The position numbers and the translations under genes were made by a program. A stretch of DNA of 64,000 nucleotides. Origin: Clostridia bacterium (GTDB lineage: Bacteria; Bacillota; Clostridia; RGIG6154). Position 1 is the stretch's first letter; the number at the start of each line of letters is the position of its first letter. The stretch covers positions 38,920 to 102,919 of the forward strand of contig JAFQRW010000008.1 in NCBI GenBank assembly GCA_017409875.1, in the 5' to 3' direction. Positions 61,285 through 64,000 of this stretch are shown here, piece by piece. The notes below the pieces were generated by a model. That model ran no database searches. It saw only the letters and a list, made by a program, of their open reading frames with translations, and had not been told where the DNA came from.

Positions 61285-61363
61285 AATAAATCTTCCTTTC
61301 AAATATTGATAAGCGGTCTTTTAATTATGTTACCAAAAGACCGCCTTTAAAGTTTAAATTAAA

Positions 61364-62092
61364 TTATTCCTGAACTGCCTCTTCGCCATCTTCATCAACG
61401 CTGTATGATTCGCCCTGTCTGCCTTCTAAAATAGCATTAGCCATTGTAGAAGCAATAAGCTTTACAGCTCTGATAGCATCGTCGTTGCCAGGGATAGGAT
61501 AATCAACTTCCTCAGGATCGCAGTTTGTATCAACGATAGCAACAACCGGAATACCGAGCTTGTGAGCTTCAGCGATAGCGATTTTTTCCTTTTTAGGATC
61601 AACAACAAACATAGCAGCGGGGATATCTTTCATATCTTTGATACCGCCGAGATATTTTTCAAGCTTTTCAGCTTCGTTGTTAAGGTTAGAAACTTCTTTT
61701 TTGGGGAGAAGATCAAATACACCGTCTTCTTCCATTTTCTTAAGCTGTTTTAATCTTTCAATTCTCTTTTTGATAGTACCGAAGTTTGTGAGCATACCAC
61801 CAAGCCATCTTGCGTTAACATAGTACATGTCAACTCTTTCAGCTTCTTCTTTAATAGATTCCTGTGCCTGCTTTTTAGTACCTACAAAAAGTACTTCACC
61901 GCCGTCAGCAGCGATGTCTCTGATAAACGAGTATGCTTCCTCAACTTTTTTTGCAGTTTTCTGCAAGTCGATGATATAGATACCGTTTCTTTCAGCAAAG
62001 ATATACTCTGCCATTTTTGGGTTCCATCTTCTTGTCTGATGACCGAAGTGAACACCAGCTTCTAACAATTGTTTCATAGAAATAACTGCCAT
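61364..62092 (-). CDS. rpsB: 30S ribosomal protein S2
   Basis: [27 protein letters not shown]. Start at 62092 after a GGAGGTG SD. The ORF-track N-terminal extension reads through the leader and was rejected. Confidence 0.9.
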   Translation of the reverse strand: MAVISMKQLLEAGVHFGHQTRRWNPKMAEYIFAERNGIYIIDLQKTAKKVEEAYSFIRDIAADGGEVLFVGTKKQAQESIKEEAERVDMYYVNARWLGGMLTNFGTIKKRIERLKQLKKMEEDGVFDLLPKKEVSNLNNEAEKLEKYLGGIKDMKDIPAAMFVVDPKKEKIAIAEAHKLGIPVVAIVDTNCDPEEVDYPIPGNDDAIRAVKLIASTMANAILEGRQGESYSVDEDGEEAVQE

Positions 62093-62202
62093 TTTTACTA
62101 CACCTCCGTGGTTTTTTCCTCCGCCTTTCCTTGTATTTCCGGAAGCCTTTATAAAAGGACCACATCCGGGAGAAAAAGCGTGCGTATTTTTACCGCCCAA
62201 AT

Positions 62203-62231
62203 AGTATACCACAAAGTTTTGTTAAGTGCAA
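62203..62231 (-). promoter_or_regulatory. Sigma-A-type promoter of rpsB-tsf with ~105-nt leader
   Basis: On the - strand: TTGCAC, 17-nt spacer with extended TG, TATACT. Confidence 0.55.
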
Positions 62232-62258
62232 GTGTTTTTTGAAAAAATTCTTACAATT

Positions 62259-62284
62259 AAAAAAAGCAGAACCAAATGTTCTGC
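62259..62284 (-). terminator. Rho-independent terminator of the spoIIID/P-loop unit
   Basis: On the - strand: gcagaac-atttg-gttctgc followed by a T7 tract. Confidence 0.75.
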
Positions 62285-62290
62285 CTTTTG

Positions 62291-63271
62291 CTATAAAAGC
62301 TCTGATTTTAAGCTTTCGTAGGTTTTATTCATCTTTTCAAAATCCATTGCATTAATATAAATCTGTTCAACTTTATTATGATATGTTTTTGCCTTGCTAA
62401 GACTTTTTATTGCATACTCAATAAGCTCATTTATCATACCGGGTTTTTGGCAAGATGCTTTAAAACATATTTTTTCATCGATTTTATCAAAGTTGTGGAA
62501 TTCATTTAAGGTTGTAAAACAAAGTGATAATTCTTTAATAACCAGGTGTTCAGCTTTTTGGTCCGGGAACATTGGGCAAAAGTAAATTTCGGTGTCATAG
62601 CCTGCAATGCATGCCACTTTGTTTAAGTGTTTTATAATATCAGAGCTTGCATTACTGTCTTCAAGGCCTATAATCTTACCAAATAAAATATCGTCTAAAA
62701 AGTTGACATTTCCTTTCGGCGTAATTCCTGATGCGAAAAGCTTTCTTGATTTTCCACACTTGTTAATGTAAGGAAAGCTGAATTTTTCACACACGTTTTT
62801 AATGTCTTGCAGATTTCTTTTATGCTTGGGATAGAGTTCTTTTGCGGCTTTTAAATATCTGTAGCAATCGTCAAAACATTGCTTTTTTTGACTTAACAAT
62901 TCAAAAACTTCCTGTTTGTGAGGATAAAGAAGTTCTTGATTCCAAAAGTCTGCAATATTATAGATTTTGCCTGTGATGCCCGGTGCAAATGGGTCTTGAA
63001 CGTGAGGAGAAGTTGCATCAACTATAGCAGTTTTGGTGTCAACAATCCTGACACCGTCTAAAGAGTCCGGGTCGGAAGAACAAAAAAACTGTTCGATTTC
63101 ATAGCCTTTTTTAAAAGCATCATCTGAAATCTTTTTCATAAGCGTAGATTTACCTGTTCCGCTTCCGCCCTTGATAAAAATTACTTTTCTGTCTTCCTTT
63201 TCGTTGTAAACAGAGCCAAACTCACTGCAAAAACCGTCAGGTGTATTGGCAGCGGGGAAAAACTTACGCAT
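62291..63271 (-). CDS. P-loop NTPase of unknown function (326 aa)
   Basis: Walker A KGGSGTGKST near the N-terminus. Start set at 63271 (MRKFFPAANTPDG) after an AAAGGAGG SD. Overlaps the spoIIID stop by 8 nt. Confidence 0.5.
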   Translation of the reverse strand: MRKFFPAANTPDGFCSEFGSVYNEKEDRKVIFIKGGSGTGKSTLMKKISDDAFKKGYEIEQFFCSSDPDSLDGVRIVDTKTAIVDATSPHVQDPFAPGITGKIYNIADFWNQELLYPHKQEVFELLSQKKQCFDDCYRYLKAAKELYPKHKRNLQDIKNVCEKFSFPYINKCGKSRKLFASGITPKGNVNFLDDILFGKIIGLEDSNASSDIIKHLNKVACIAGYDTEIYFCPMFPDQKAEHLVIKELSLCFTTLNEFHNFDKIDEKICFKASCQKPGMINELIEYAIKSLSKAKTYHNKVEQIYINAMDFEKMNKTYESLKSELL

Positions 63272-63530
63272 TTTTTGCCTCCTTTTTAAGCAAATACTTG
63301 TTTTTGGTGGCAATTCCGCCTCTTAAATGCCTTTCAGCTTTATTTTCAGCCAAAACAGGCTGAACCTCATTATAAAGTACCCTATTAATCAAATAAAGCC
63401 TTTCGGTTACGTCTTTATGTACGGTAGATTTTGAAACTCCGAAGTGTTTTGCAGTTTGTCTTACGGTGGCGTTGTTTGAAATTATGTAATTTGCAAGTTG
63501 TATAACTCTTTCAGTTATATAATCTTTCAT
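63264..63530 (-). CDS. spoIIID: Stage III sporulation protein D (SpoIIID transcription factor)
   Basis: MKDYITERVIQLANYII..TVRQTAKHFGVSKSTVHKDVTERL closely matches the SpoIIID HTH signature. 88 aa. Confidence 0.85.
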   Translation of the reverse strand: MKDYITERVIQLANYIISNNATVRQTAKHFGVSKSTVHKDVTERLYLINRVLYNEVQPVLAENKAERHLRGGIATKNKYLLKKEAKNA

Positions 63531-63649
63531 AAATTCACCTCACACATATTCCCTAAAATATATGTGAAGTAAATTGCGGTTATGAATTATATTTATGAAC
63601 TTGTTTTACAGGGTTATTTCTATAAGTATAAAACCATCTGATTTTTCGC

Positions 63650-63682
63650 AATAAAAAAACTTGCGAGTTTATCGCAAGTTCA
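63650..63682 (-). terminator. Rho-independent terminator of the Rieske-domain gene
   Basis: On the - strand: cttgcga-taaac-tcgcaag followed by a T7 tract. Confidence 0.7.
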
Positions 63683-64000
63683 AATCTCCGGTTGCAGGTC
63701 CGTCTATGAGCTTTCCGCCTTTTTCAAATCTTGAACCGTGGCATGGACAATCCCACGAGTGTTCGGCAGAGTTCCATTTAAGAGCGCAGCCAAGATGAGG
63801 GCATCTTGGGGATGTGGGTGTTAGCAGATTTTTGGTTGTTTCAAAGCCGTTTACTAAAAGCTGAGGCTTAAGGATGCTTCTTTGGGGACAAAATACTTCT
63901 GCAAAATCGACTCTTTTGCCTGATATCATATTACACAAAAATTTTGCAGCTGCCATTGAAGATGTCATACCCCATTTGTTAAATCCTGTTGCAACAAACA
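63669..64000 (-). CDS. Rieske [2Fe-2S] domain (C-terminal part of a larger, probably FAD-dependent oxidoreductase; 5' end beyond window)
   Basis: CPHLGC ... CPCHGS Rieske ligands. The ORF is open to the window edge. Confidence 0.6.
   Translation of the reverse strand, partial: FVATGFNKWGMTSSMAAAKFLCNMISGKRVDFAEVFCPQRSILKPQLLVNGFETTKNLLTPTSPRCPHLGCALKWNSAEHSWDCPCHGSRFEKGGKLIDGPATGDLNLR

Overview
Low-GC Firmicutes (Clostridia-like, spore-former: spoIIID, SpoIID-domain cortex hydrolase, SpoVE/RodA) chromosomal window, almost entirely coding and mostly on the + strand.

Content in order:
- Partial OmpR-type response regulator, HtrA protease, acyl-CoA ligase.
- iorA-iorB-paaK-ACT arylpyruvate-to-arylacetate cluster, secreted Cu-amine-oxidase-N-domain protein, YhbY, rpsU.
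- Conserved yqeG-aroE-aroK-[TIM barrel]-aroQ-pepP-efp block, followed by an acidic Asp/Cys-repeat zinc-ribbon protein.
- An accessory-looking ~15.5 kb glycyl-radical-enzyme bacterial microcompartment (GRM) locus at ~15.4-31.0 kb: HAD phosphatase, GRE, GRE-activase, PduU, PduV, then a second unit with class II aldolase, GlcG/DUF336, N-extended Zn-ADH, two BMC-H, BMC-P, PduS-like, BMC-T, Fe-ADH, CoA-acylating aldehyde dehydrogenase, second BMC-T, PduL, DeoR regulator.
- rodA/spoVE-like (- strand), gltX-glnS-metG, rubrerythrin, ddl-murI, DUF1934, SLH protein, CtpA-like S41 peptidase, QueT-like ECF S-component, argS, O-acetylhomoserine sulfhydrylase, GH3 (- strand), ruvCAB, CIRCE-groES-groEL.
- A cell-wall/spore-cortex cluster: SpoIID/LytB domain protein with four PG-binding repeats, unannotated small membrane ORF, polysaccharide deacetylase, AsnB-like amidotransferase lacking the synthetase PP-loop, GH31-like hydrolase.
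- On the - strand: tsf, rpsB, a P-loop ATPase, spoIIID and a partial Rieske-domain gene.

No rRNA, tRNA, CRISPR, transposase or integrase was recognised.

The most interesting region is the GRM locus. Its aldolase signature resembles the aldolase-containing (fucose/rhamnose-type) GRM class, but it carries unusual additions: a translationally coupled HAD phosphatase, a tripartite Zn-ADH, a Cys-rich aldolase tail, an N-extended BMC-H and a GC-rich intra-operon hairpin.

All functional calls are from reading motifs in the translations by eye; no database searches were run.
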